Shown: positions 21,469-30,798 of the stretch, piece after piece
Position numbering within the stretch: position 1 is the stretch's first letter
Layout of the letters: the number at the start of each line of letters is the position of its first letter
DNA from: Thecamonas trahens ATCC 50062
Taxonomy: Eukaryota > Protista > Apusomonadida
Assembly: GCF_000142905.1 (NCBI RefSeq)
Contig: NW_013657643.1
Coordinates: 204,054 to 268,053, forward strand
Direction: 5' to 3'
DNA length: 64,000 bases
The notes under the pieces: model-generated
Databases searched by the model: none
What the model saw: only the letters and a program-made list of their open reading frames with translations
What the model was told of the DNA's origin: nothing
Translations under genes and position numbers: made by a program

Positions 21469-21746
21469 GATGCTATTTCTACCTTTCTACCACGGGACGT
21501 TGTCTTTCTCTCCAACAGTGAGATGTGTCCCCGTCGCCACCACTCCTGCTTCCGCATCGCCTTGCCGTCCCGTCCACCCTGTGTCCGTTGTGGAAGCAGA
21601 GCCAATTGAAAGTTTGGAATGTCCCATGGTCACGCCAACGATTAATGTCCCCAACAACACCAACGATTAACCCCCGCTACCCCCGCCCCCCCCACCCTCT
21701 CGCCTCAACGACCACCCCACTCCACCCCCCCTCCTCCGCACAGAAC

Positions 21747-22103
21747 ATGGAGTGGAAGCTGTCAGAGAGCACCCGCGCACGGGAGACACTTCTTGCTGAT
21801 GGCCTGCCCCGAGAGACGGATGAGGAGTCGCTTGCGGTGGCTCTGGCGGCTTACGGCGCTGTCGCCTCTTGTCGCATTGTGAGGCGAGACACAGGCGTGT
21901 CGACGGGCACGGCAGAGATCGTCTTTGCTGACGATGCCGCTGTGGACCTGGCGCTTGCTGCCTCTGCTTCCGGAAAGCTGGTACTCTCCTCGCTGCCTGT
22001 CGATTCCGTCTCTCCTGCTGCCTTTTCCCTCCGCCGCCTCGTCGACCCGTCCAAGCTGCTCATCGCGCCCGGGCTCTCTGCGGCTGTTGCAAGCACAAAG
22101 TGA
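21747..22103 (+). CDS. Small RRM-domain protein
   Basis: TLLADGLP (RNP2), YGAVASCRIVRRDTGVSTGTAEIVF (RNP1-like). An upstream exon is possible (CACAG just before the start). Confidence 0.7.
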   Translation: MEWKLSESTRARETLLADGLPRETDEESLAVALAAYGAVASCRIVRRDTGVSTGTAEIVFADDAAVDLALAASASGKLVLSSLPVDSVSPAAFSLRRLVDPSKLLIAPGLSAAVASTK

Positions 22104-22133
22104 ACGATGTTTACCATGGTGTGGGTGAGTGAC

Positions 22134-25100
22134 CTAAAGGATCCGGACGTAGTTGGACGGGAGCAGGCCCGTGACGCCGTTGAGCGTTCCGCGCAGCCAG
22201 CCCGGAGCAACCTCGTCGGTCGACTCGAGGTCGATGACGTCGCCGGCGGCGAGCGAGAGGTAGCCCGGGTCCGACTCGTCGACCGGGTAGAGGGCCTCGG
22301 CGCGCGGGCCCTGCGGGACGGGCGCGGCAGCGGGCGGCGCGGGCGTGGGTGGGGCGGCAGGCGCAGCCTCCACGAGCTCGGTGTAGGCGGCCGGGAACAT
22401 GCCGTGCATGCCATTGATAGTTCCGGTCCACCAGTCGCCTCCAGACGTGTCCACGTTGGTGATGATGTCTCCGGGGGCAAAGGAGATTTCGGTGTTGTCG
22501 CGCGCGTCAAACTGGTACGCGGCGCGGGCAGACTGGCCGGCCGACGTGGCGGGCGGCGCAGCGGCAGGCGCCGCCACTGCTGCCGTTGCAGCGGGTGCCG
22601 AGTACGCCGTACCAACCGGGTCGGCGGCGGGCGCGCGGTAGCGCTTCTGGGTGATGTCCGGCACCGGGATGCGGGCCGCGGTGTATGCGAGCGAGGCTGT
22701 GACCGGGGCGCGGTAGTAGCCCGACTCGGGCATGACGGCCGACTGGGCCCGCTTGCGCGATGCGACGTCGGCGACCTTGATCTTCTTGACGCCGGTGCGG
22801 ATGACCTCGTGGAACCACTTGAGGAAGTGCTCCGGCTCGGCCGACGGGGTGCGGCGGGCGTTGGTCCGGATAAACTGCTCGAGGTAGTTCTCAAAGTCGG
22901 ACGAGGGCGGGAACGACTGGAGGCAGATCTGCATCAGCTGCCACCCCCGCGTCGCCGAGTCCGGGTTCGGGTTCTGCGTCACCTGCTTGGCCACGTTGGC
23001 GTACATCTCGTCGCGGATGGCCTCGTTGGCGCACGCCTCGTTGACAATCTCCTGCGCGAGGAAGAGCGGCTCCGAGAGCTTCTTGTCACCCATAAAGCCC
23101 TGGATGTTCTTGGCCATCTTCTTGCACAGCTTGACCATCAGCGGGTCCTGCTCGATCTTGCGCATCATCGACCCAGGAATGCCTTCCTTGGCCCACTCAA
23201 ACATGCCGTCGCGCCGCTTCTTCTTGCCAAACATCTTGGCCTTGGAGAACTCCTCGCGCGACTTGAAGAGCGGGCACTGCGGGAGCGCAAACTTGCTGGC
23301 CCCGTTGGCCTGGAAGAACTCGTCCTTGATGGCGATAGCGACCCGCGTCATCCGCGACTCGTCGCGCAGCGCCTGCGCCGCCTCAAACTCCTTCTTGAGG
23401 AACGCCACCTTGTCCAGCGAGAGCAGCTGCCGCATCTGCTGCACCTCTGGCGAGTTGAGCCCGATGGCGTTGGCGCCTGCCGTCGCCTCCTCCAGCAGAT
23501 GCCGCTGGCACCGCTGGATGGCGTCGCGCGCGTACGCCTTGTAATGCACAATCTGGTCGTACAGCGCACGCGCGGCCTGAACCTCGGCGTTGTTGCACCC
23601 GTACGAGTCGGCAATGTCGATGCCTTGCTTGAGGTACGCGTCGTCGACCGCCGCCGTTCCCTGCTGCATCGCTGTCCGCGCCGCGTACACCTGGTCGTAC
23701 AGCGCCTGCGCCTGCGCCACCACGTCCGACCACTCGCCGGTCTGCATGTTGAGCCCGTACGCGTTCTGCAGCTCCATTTGCAGGCAAGCGTCGTCAAAGT
23801 CGCGGATGCCCTCAACAAGGTTCGCCAGCACGGTGTCGACCGCGGCCTGGTGGGCGAGCTCGGCCTTGGCCGCATCCATCTCTGGCGACGCCACCCCGCC
23901 CTTGAGCCCGGCCTTGATGGCCTTGTCCAGCGCCGACCAGTCCTCGCCGCGGAGCGCGTTCCGGATCGCCACCATGGTCTCGGCCTCAAACGCCGCCGCC
24001 TTGCCCGGCGCCGTCTGCATGCCAAACGCCGCCGCCTCGGCCAGCACTGCAGTCAGCCCCGACGGGTCCGCGCTACCCGTGTCGCGCCCCACCATCGCGC
24101 CCACCGCCAGCGCAGCCTTGAGCTTGGCCACCAGCGCCTGCTCCTGCTTGATCCGCTCGATCGCAGCGAGCGCCGCCTGGCACGACGGGTGCGCCTTGTT
24201 GAGCGTGCACGCCTGCGCCCGCCGGATGCCGGCCTGCAACTGGCTGAGGTCCATTGCCGCCACCGCCGCGTCGAGCATCTTCACCGTCTCCTTGCGCTCG
24301 TGGATGAGCTTGACCCGCTCGCGCATCTTCTGCACCACAGGGTCCGCAAAGCCAATCGCCTCTGCCCGGTCGAGCAGCGCCTGGATCTTGTCGTAGACCG
24401 GCTCCGGATCGACCGACACGTACTTTTGCAGCTCGTCGCGAATGCGATTCTCCTCCAGAATCGTCTCGCGGAGCGTCCGCGCCTGCACCAGCGAGAACAT
24501 TGGAAAGTGGATGCCCTCGGCGCTTGCAAGCGCCTCCTCCAGCACCGGCAGTGACCGCGTCGAGATGGCCCGCTCCAGCTTGGGGTGCGCCGCCTTCATC
24601 CGTCGATACTGCACCCGGCAGTAGTGTCCGCGCATGACCGACTGGCACACAATGACCACCTTCTCGAGCTCCACAGCGCGGAGGAGCTCCAGCTCGCGGT
24701 GCGGGCCCTGCCGGTACAGCACACGCGTGCTGCCGATCTGGATCTGCGAAAAGTCGCCCCGCAGCTGGCCCAGCAGCTGTCGGCACTGGTCCGGGAACGG
24801 CGCACTCCGCGGAATGTTCTCGCCGAGGAACCCGTACCGCTTCATAAACTCCTCATGCGTGTAGCGGAACGGGAAGCCCTTCTTCCGGATCTCGACCGCC
24901 TCAAACACGCCCGAGTACCGGAGCTGGAGCAGGCAGTTGGTGCCCTCAAAGATGCCTGCTGTCTTGAGCGAGTTCGACTTGATGCACCGCACGTAGTGCG
25001 GCGTCGTCTTGGCGAGCGTGTTCATCAGCGCCGACAACTGGTCCTTAAACTGCGAGCCGAGCGTAGTCTTGCGGCCCTTGGACGATGCCGCCGCAGCGTC

Positions 25101-26984
25101 CGACTCGAAAATCGTCCGCAGAAAGCCGGAGCCCGAGCCCGAAATGAGCGTCAGCAGATCCTCCTGCAGCGTGTCGCGGTTCTTCTCCAGAAAGCCGCGG
25201 ACGTCGTACACTACCTGCCCGGCGTAGTGGTCGATAACAAAGGCCGTCGGCGGCCGGAGCGGCTTGATGTACCGCGGCGACTTGCGATCGTGCCGCTGGT
25301 GAAGCTTGCGGAGGAACGACTCGTCCGAGCCCTTGGGCATGACCACCTCCTCATCGAGCATGGCAATGATGCCGTTCGGCTTGTTCTCCACAAGGTCGAG
25401 GCACGGCTGGTTGTCGATGAACTCGACATGGTCGTACACAATGCCCTCTGACTGGTACAGCGCCTCTTCGAGCTTGAACGTGTGCTGGTTAAAGTGCTGC
25501 TGCAGCTTCTCATTGGCGTAGTTGATGCACATCTGCTCAAACGAGTTGTTCTCGAAAATCTCAAAGCCGAAAATGTCCAGCACCCCGATGATGTTGAACG
25601 GGCCGCGGATCGTCGGCTTGAGGCTTGAGTTGATCCGCTCCACCACCCAGTCGAACATCTTGGAGTAAATCATCTTCGAGAGCGCATCGCGGTTGTCCGT
25701 CGCCTGCACAGAGTCGAGCGGAATGAGCGTCGGCTCCTGCCCAGGAATCCGCATCGTCCGCGAGGTCACCGCCTGCTGCAGCGCCGACGGCTCGACGCAG
25801 AACAGCTGCGCCGCCATCTCTAGCTCGGCAGGATCCGTGATCGTCGCCTGGTCCTGCTCGTTGTTGACAAAGTCGACGTTGCCCAGGTGCGCAATCGCAG
25901 CAACCATCGTGTACAGCGTCTCCTTGGCCTCGGTCCCAAACTCGAGCTCCTCAAACGCCTTCTCCACCTCGGCAAACTCCTCGGCGTCGTCCATGTACTC
26001 GACAGAGTGGCACCCACCCATCATGGCATACCGGTACGCGTCCGGCCCCTGCAACATCAGCTTGGCCCGCAGCGGCTCCGACGCCGCCTTGGTCAGGTGG
26101 TAGAAAATGTGGTAGTTGCGCTCGCCCTCGATCTGGAAGCACACCCGCGACTTTTCCAAAAGGTAGTTGTTGATCTTGCCACCGGCAATCTTACCCTCCA
26201 TCGGCGTAAAGAAGACCTCGATCCACTTGCCGAACCGCGACGAGTTGTTGTTTCGCAGCGTCTTGGCGTTACCGAACGCCTCCAGAATCGGGTTCGCCAT
26301 CAGAATCATCTGCTCCACACCAGACACAGAGCCGGCCGTCTCGGCCAGGTACGACAGCACCTGCTTGGTCGCCTCGGTCTTGCCGGCACCAGACTCACCT
26401 GAAATGAGCACAGACTGGTCCGTCTGCCCGCGGATGCCCTCCATCATCTTGCGGTATGCCTCGTCGGCAATCTGGAACACGTGCGGCGGGAGCGTCGAAA
26501 TGCCCTTGTGGTAGTACCGGTCGATCACAGTCGGCGTGTAGAGGCCGAGGCCCTTGAACGGGTTCACCGAAATGAGAATCGTGCCCACGTTGGTGTAGAT
26601 CTTGTCCTTGTAGAACCGCTCCCGGAGGTTGTGGATGATCATGCCCTCGTCGATCGAGTCCATCTGCACTAGGTCGTCCATCAGCCGCTGCAGCGACGAC
26701 TTCTTGAGCGGCACAAGATCCTTCTTGTTCTTCTTCGACTTGCGGTACTCCACCTTGGTTCCGTTCTCCAGCTGCAGCGACATTGATCCGTCCGAGTATG
26801 CCTGGAGCACCTTGGCCGGCACATACGCCGCATCCTCATCCGGATACCACACCCAGTCACCAGCATCCTCATAGTCGTCCGCCGTCCGCAGCTCAGCCGG
26901 CTTCTCCCAGGACGTCTCACCAGTGATTGAGTTGTGGTAGTAGTCCACGCCTTCAGGCGTCTTGTACGCCGCCCACCCCGACAT
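22134..26984 (-). CDS. Unconventional myosin, class IV-type: WW, motor, IQ, helical repeats, MyTH4, two SH3
   Basis: WW WAAYKTPEGVDYYHNSITGETSWEKP; GESGAGKT, NNNSSRFGK, DIFGFE. IQ-like CQSVMRGHYCR. MyTH4 IRDEMYANVAKQVTQNP...GWQLMQICLQSFPPS. SH3 AYQFDA...WWTG...GMFPAAY and ALYPVD...WLRG...GLLPSNY. Confidence 0.95.
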   Translation of the reverse strand: MSGWAAYKTPEGVDYYHNSITGETSWEKPAELRTADDYEDAGDWVWYPDEDAAYVPAKVLQAYSDGSMSLQLENGTKVEYRKSKKNKKDLVPLKKSSLQRLMDDLVQMDSIDEGMIIHNLRERFYKDKIYTNVGTILISVNPFKGLGLYTPTVIDRYYHKGISTLPPHVFQIADEAYRKMMEGIRGQTDQSVLISGESGAGKTEATKQVLSYLAETAGSVSGVEQMILMANPILEAFGNAKTLRNNNSSRFGKWIEVFFTPMEGKIAGGKINNYLLEKSRVCFQIEGERNYHIFYHLTKAASEPLRAKLMLQGPDAYRYAMMGGCHSVEYMDDAEEFAEVEKAFEELEFGTEAKETLYTMVAAIAHLGNVDFVNNEQDQATITDPAELEMAAQLFCVEPSALQQAVTSRTMRIPGQEPTLIPLDSVQATDNRDALSKMIYSKMFDWVVERINSSLKPTIRGPFNIIGVLDIFGFEIFENNSFEQMCINYANEKLQQHFNQHTFKLEEALYQSEGIVYDHVEFIDNQPCLDLVENKPNGIIAMLDEEVVMPKGSDESFLRKLHQRHDRKSPRYIKPLRPPTAFVIDHYAGQVVYDVRGFLEKNRDTLQEDLLTLISGSGSGFLRTIFESDAAAASSKGRKTTLGSQFKDQLSALMNTLAKTTPHYVRCIKSNSLKTAGIFEGTNCLLQLRYSGVFEAVEIRKKGFPFRYTHEEFMKRYGFLGENIPRSAPFPDQCRQLLGQLRGDFSQIQIGSTRVLYRQGPHRELELLRAVELEKVVIVCQSVMRGHYCRVQYRRMKAAHPKLERAISTRSLPVLEEALASAEGIHFPMFSLVQARTLRETILEENRIRDELQKYVSVDPEPVYDKIQALLDRAEAIGFADPVVQKMRERVKLIHERKETVKMLDAAVAAMDLSQLQAGIRRAQACTLNKAHPSCQAALAAIERIKQEQALVAKLKAALAVGAMVGRDTGSADPSGLTAVLAEAAAFGMQTAPGKAAAFEAETMVAIRNALRGEDWSALDKAIKAGLKGGVASPEMDAAKAELAHQAAVDTVLANLVEGIRDFDDACLQMELQNAYGLNMQTGEWSDVVAQAQALYDQVYAARTAMQQGTAAVDDAYLKQGIDIADSYGCNNAEVQAARALYDQIVHYKAYARDAIQRCQRHLLEEATAGANAIGLNSPEVQQMRQLLSLDKVAFLKKEFEAAQALRDESRMTRVAIAIKDEFFQANGASKFALPQCPLFKSREEFSKAKMFGKKKRRDGMFEWAKEGIPGSMMRKIEQDPLMVKLCKKMAKNIQGFMGDKKLSEPLFLAQEIVNEACANEAIRDEMYANVAKQVTQNPNPDSATRGWQLMQICLQSFPPSSDFENYLEQFIRTNARRTPSAEPEHFLKWFHEVIRTGVKKIKVADVASRKRAQSAVMPESGYYRAPVTASLAYTAARIPVPDITQKRYRAPAADPVGTAYSAPAATAAVAAPAAAPPATSAGQSARAAYQFDARDNTEISFAPGDIITNVDTSGGDWWTGTINGMHGMFPAAYTELVEAAPAAPPTPAPPAAAPVPQGPRAEALYPVDESDPGYLSLAAGDVIDLESTDEVAPGWLRGTLNGVTGLLPSNYVRIL

Positions 26985-27921
26985 GTGTGTCCTGCAGCAG
27001 TGAAGGGAGGGGGAGGGGAGGGGGATTGTGATTGTGAGTCTGTTTGGAGGGAGGGCGAGACGGGGGGGGGGGGGGGGGGCTTTGGTCCGCTCAAGAAAAA
27101 CGAGGCCACATGGACAGGACGAGTCCAAAATGGGCGGAAGACCTGAGGGGCGGCCAGGGAATGTGTGTGTGGGGGGATTGGCGAGCTATAGTAAACGCAG
27201 GCGGAAATGGTGGCAACTGAAGAGTGCTTGAGCTCTAGGAGATGGTTGTTGTGGTCCATTGTACCCCACTCTCATCACCTTCTTCAACCCCATCCCCCTC
27301 TGACTCGCCAGCCTTTGCCTGAGAAAAATCGGACGCCGCATTAGAGACCGTCGCGATCGAGGCGGCGGTGAGCCCTGGGGGCTCCGCAGGGCGGTCAGAC
27401 GAACCCGAGTGTGCAAGATAGAGGGAGAAGAAGAGGAGAAGGAAGGTCAGAGAGCAAGGTAAAGACCATAGATATGGTAGTATACCCCATGAATACACCA
27501 AACTCTACTATGTCATCCTTTCTCACCACACACATAACATGACGATACTCGCCAAACTCGCTTGGCAACGTACAAGACTATGGCCCGAGACAATTCTGGC
27601 GAATGAGCGAATGAGCGGTGCCACTCCCCCCTCCCCTCCCCTCCCTGCCCCGCCCCTCCTCCCGCCCGCCGCCGCTGACTCATCGAATCACCGCCGCACC
27701 GGCAATTCATCGCCACTCGCGGAAGGTTGGAATGAACAAGGGGATGGGGGTGGGGGGTGGGGGTGGGGGGGCATTATGTGGTGTGGTGAGGATTAAGGGT
27801 GTGCGTAGCACTGTGCGCTTGGATGTAGCCCATACCTGGTGATCGATCCCCCCTCCCTTCTCACCTCTCCGCTGCTCCGCCACCTGAACTCGTCATCGCG
27901 GCCTCACTCAACTCTGCTACC

Positions 27922-28734
27922 ATGACGACCAAGCTGTATCTCGACGACACGGATCTGGTGAAGTGCGAGGCGGTGGTGGTCGAGAGTAGGAGCGGGCAAG
28001 GTGACGGCGAGAGCGGGCAAGGTGACGGCGAGAGCGGGCAAGAGGCTACCGCTGAAGTCATTCTCGACGCTACAGTGGTGTATCCTCAGGGCGGAGGCCA
28101 GCCATCGGACAAGGCGACGATCAGCTCGGTCGATGGCTCTGTGGTCTTTCGCGTCGACAAGGCCGTGCTTGATCGCGATTCCGACGTCGTGGTTCACACC
28201 GGTGCGTACATGCCCGGGAGCGAGCCGCTGGTGCCTGGCATGCCGGTCGTTGTCGCTGTCGACGCCGAACTCCGCGCGCTTCACGCCCGGCTCCACTCGG
28301 CCGGCCATCTTCTCGACGCTGCCATGCGCAACCTTGGATACGCTGATCTGGAGCCGACTAGAGGCGCGCATGCGCCGCATCTGGCGTACGTCGAGTACGC
28401 CGGCGTCATCGCCGATCCGGGCGAGCGGGAGCGTCTTCCGCAACGCCTTGCCGCCGAGTGTGCAGCTCTCATTGCTGCTGGTGGCGACGTTCGTGTCCGC
28501 CATGTCGCTCGCGATGATGTTGCTGCCGAGTGTGGGCTCGACGAGATTCCGGCCTACCTCCCGGAGACCATGCCGACTGTCCGCATCGTCGGCATGGCCG
28601 ATGCGGCCTGCCCCTGCGGCGGAACACATGTGAAGAATGTCGTCACCATTGGCGGCATCACCATCCGCAAGATCAAGCACAAGGCCGGTAAGCGGACCGT
28701 GAACGTCCGCTACTCGGTCGATCCGTCGCCCTAA
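27922..28734 (+). CDS. Free-standing alanyl-tRNA editing protein (AlaX/AlaXp-M type)
   Basis: TTKLYLDD, VILDATVVYPQGGGQPSD, zinc-binding HSAGH (HxxxH) and CGGTH (CxxxH). Confidence 0.92.
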   Translation: MTTKLYLDDTDLVKCEAVVVESRSGQGDGESGQGDGESGQEATAEVILDATVVYPQGGGQPSDKATISSVDGSVVFRVDKAVLDRDSDVVVHTGAYMPGSEPLVPGMPVVVAVDAELRALHARLHSAGHLLDAAMRNLGYADLEPTRGAHAPHLAYVEYAGVIADPGERERLPQRLAAECAALIAAGGDVRVRHVARDDVAAECGLDEIPAYLPETMPTVRIVGMADAACPCGGTHVKNVVTIGGITIRKIKHKAGKRTVNVRYSVDPSP

Positions 28735-28840
28735 GCGAGCGAGCGCAACAAGCCCGACTGACCACTCGTCAAGGCCATAAGCGAGGCCACGACCAAGACC
28801 AAGGTCCACCACACTCTTCTCCTCCCAGCACCGTCTGCTC

Positions 28841-30785
28841 ATGTCTGCCTCTCCTCCCTCGTGGAACGCTATGTCCGAAGACGACCAGAAGGCTCTCCTC
28901 GACTGGTTCCAAACCTACATCCAGGGTACGCCACCCCCTTACCCTTGCTCTTCCCCCCGTGACCAATGGCGCCTCATCCACCATCCATCCTCCTCACCTG
29001 CCCTCCCTCCCTCCCCCGTTCCCCCCCCCCCACCCTCACCCCCCCCCCCTCGCCCCCCCCCCCTCCAACACAGACTGTCCGTTCTCCAACCGGGTCATGC
29101 TTGTGGCCACACAAATCCTTTGCGTCTTGCCGGGTACGGCTGTGGCCTCCTCGGACGCAGGTGCTTCGTCGTCGGCTTCGGCTTCTTCTGCTGCTGCTGG
29201 CGCGTCGTCGTCCACGGCGGCCGAGGCTGATCCGACTCTGCCTGAGGGTGCAAAGGCGGAGATCCGTGCAGAGTCTTTCCTTGCTCTGCAGGGAATTATC
29301 TCGGCTGAAGAGACTGATGCTCGGGATGCGCTCATTGATGCCCTTGCCGAGCGTGTCGAGGAGGTCGAGGATCGGCTGGATGTCGTCCTCGAGCCCGGCA
29401 CCGCCATCCCGGTCCAGGATGCCTCGGTGACCATCCTAACGTCGACGAGTGCGACTACCGGGACCGAGCTCCCGCTGCGTGAGGTCGCAGCTCGTGAGGG
29501 CCACGTCTCGCTCATCACGTTTGCCACGGCGCTCTCGCCCATCGCGCTCGGCACTGTCCACGGCCTGGTTCAGTTTGTGGCCAAGGCCGCAGCCGAGTGG
29601 GACGGCAAGGTCGACGTGGTTTGCGTTTGGCTCGACGACCAGTTCAAGCCGGCCGAACTTGCCGAGCAGATCGAGTCCAACGGGTGGGCCATCGACGGCC
29701 TCACTCATGTCTGGGCCGGCCCCGATGGCCCGCAGTCGGACCTCGCTGAGGCCTTTGCCGTCACCCGCATGCCGCTTTGCTTCCTCACCGACACCCAGGG
29801 CCGCCTTGCGTGGCAGGGTGTCTCGGGTGCACTCGACTTTGGTGTCGAGATTGCTGCCCTCCTCGACGGCTCCGAGGCGCTGCTCGAGACGTGGAAGACC
29901 CAGTTCCACGCCTTTTCGGTCGCCGCCATCGAGGACGCCGCCGACTGCGGATGCTGCGGCGATGAAGAGGCTGCGGCTCCCAAGACCGAGTCCGCGCCCG
30001 CCTGCGACGCGCCCAAGTGGATGGACGCCGCTCCGACCGAGGACGTTCGCGTCGCCAAGCTCTGCGACATGTTCAAGGCTGCGTCTGCCGCCGAGCTCGC
30101 CTTTGACTCGTTCATCTCGCAGGTCGCCACCCTGGTCTCGGCTGACGGCGTGACCCACGACGCACGCGTCTCGGTTGCCGGCGAGTTCCCGTCGTCGGCC
30201 AAGGCGGAGCTTGACTCGGCCATGGCGGCCATGACCGACATTGCCGGCTGCCGCATCGACACTGCGCAGATCACCATGTTCGCCACGGCCGCGCCGCTCG
30301 ACGTCGCCGCGGCCTGCTCGGCCTGCGCCAAGCCGTCGGCTGTCGAGGGCAGCGACGAGCCGGCCTTCACCTGCGTCCACTGCGCCGGCTCGTCTGAACC
30401 CATCACCCTCTGCGCCAAGTGCTACTGGACGACGGCGCCGCACGATCCGTCCCACACGTTTGTGGCCACCCTGCGTGGCCGGACCCAGCTCCACAGCATG
30501 CGCCACGGCAACGGGACGCTGCTGCCGGAGAACCCGGCCGATACCGACGACGTTGTCGAGGGCATGCACGTCACCGTCCAGTGCGACGGATGCGCCGTCA
30601 ACCCGCTGGCTCTTGTGCGCTACAAGTGCGCACACTGCGAGGACTACGACCTGTGCGCCGACTGCCACGCCTCTTGGGCCGCCTCGGCCGACGGCGTCAT
30701 CTCCACGGATGACGGCTTTACCTACGCTCACGCACCCGAGCACGCTTTCCTCGCCTACCGCGCCGACCAGCCGTCGTCGGCCTGA
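28841..30785 (+). CDS. Thioredoxin-fold (TlpA/AhpC-like, no CxxC) protein with two C-terminal ZZ-type zinc fingers; exons 28841-28925 and 29074-30785
   Basis: GTACGC...CACAG phase-1 intron. SLITFAT, VDVVCVWLDD, AFAVTRMPLCFLTDTQGRL. ZZ CDGCAVNPLALVRYKCAHCEDYDLCADC...H...H, plus a degenerate ZZ CSAC...CVHC...LCAKCY...HDPSH. Confidence 0.8.
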
Positions 30786-30798
30786 GCGGTCCAACCAG

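Noticed and set aside
22107-24554. 815-aa plus-strand ORF and the many other long antisense or alternate-frame ORFs (e.g. 53976-56225, 38676-40103, 29436-30872)
   Set aside because: Shadow ORFs of GC-rich genes on the other strand or frame, with no motifs and Arg/low-complexity composition.
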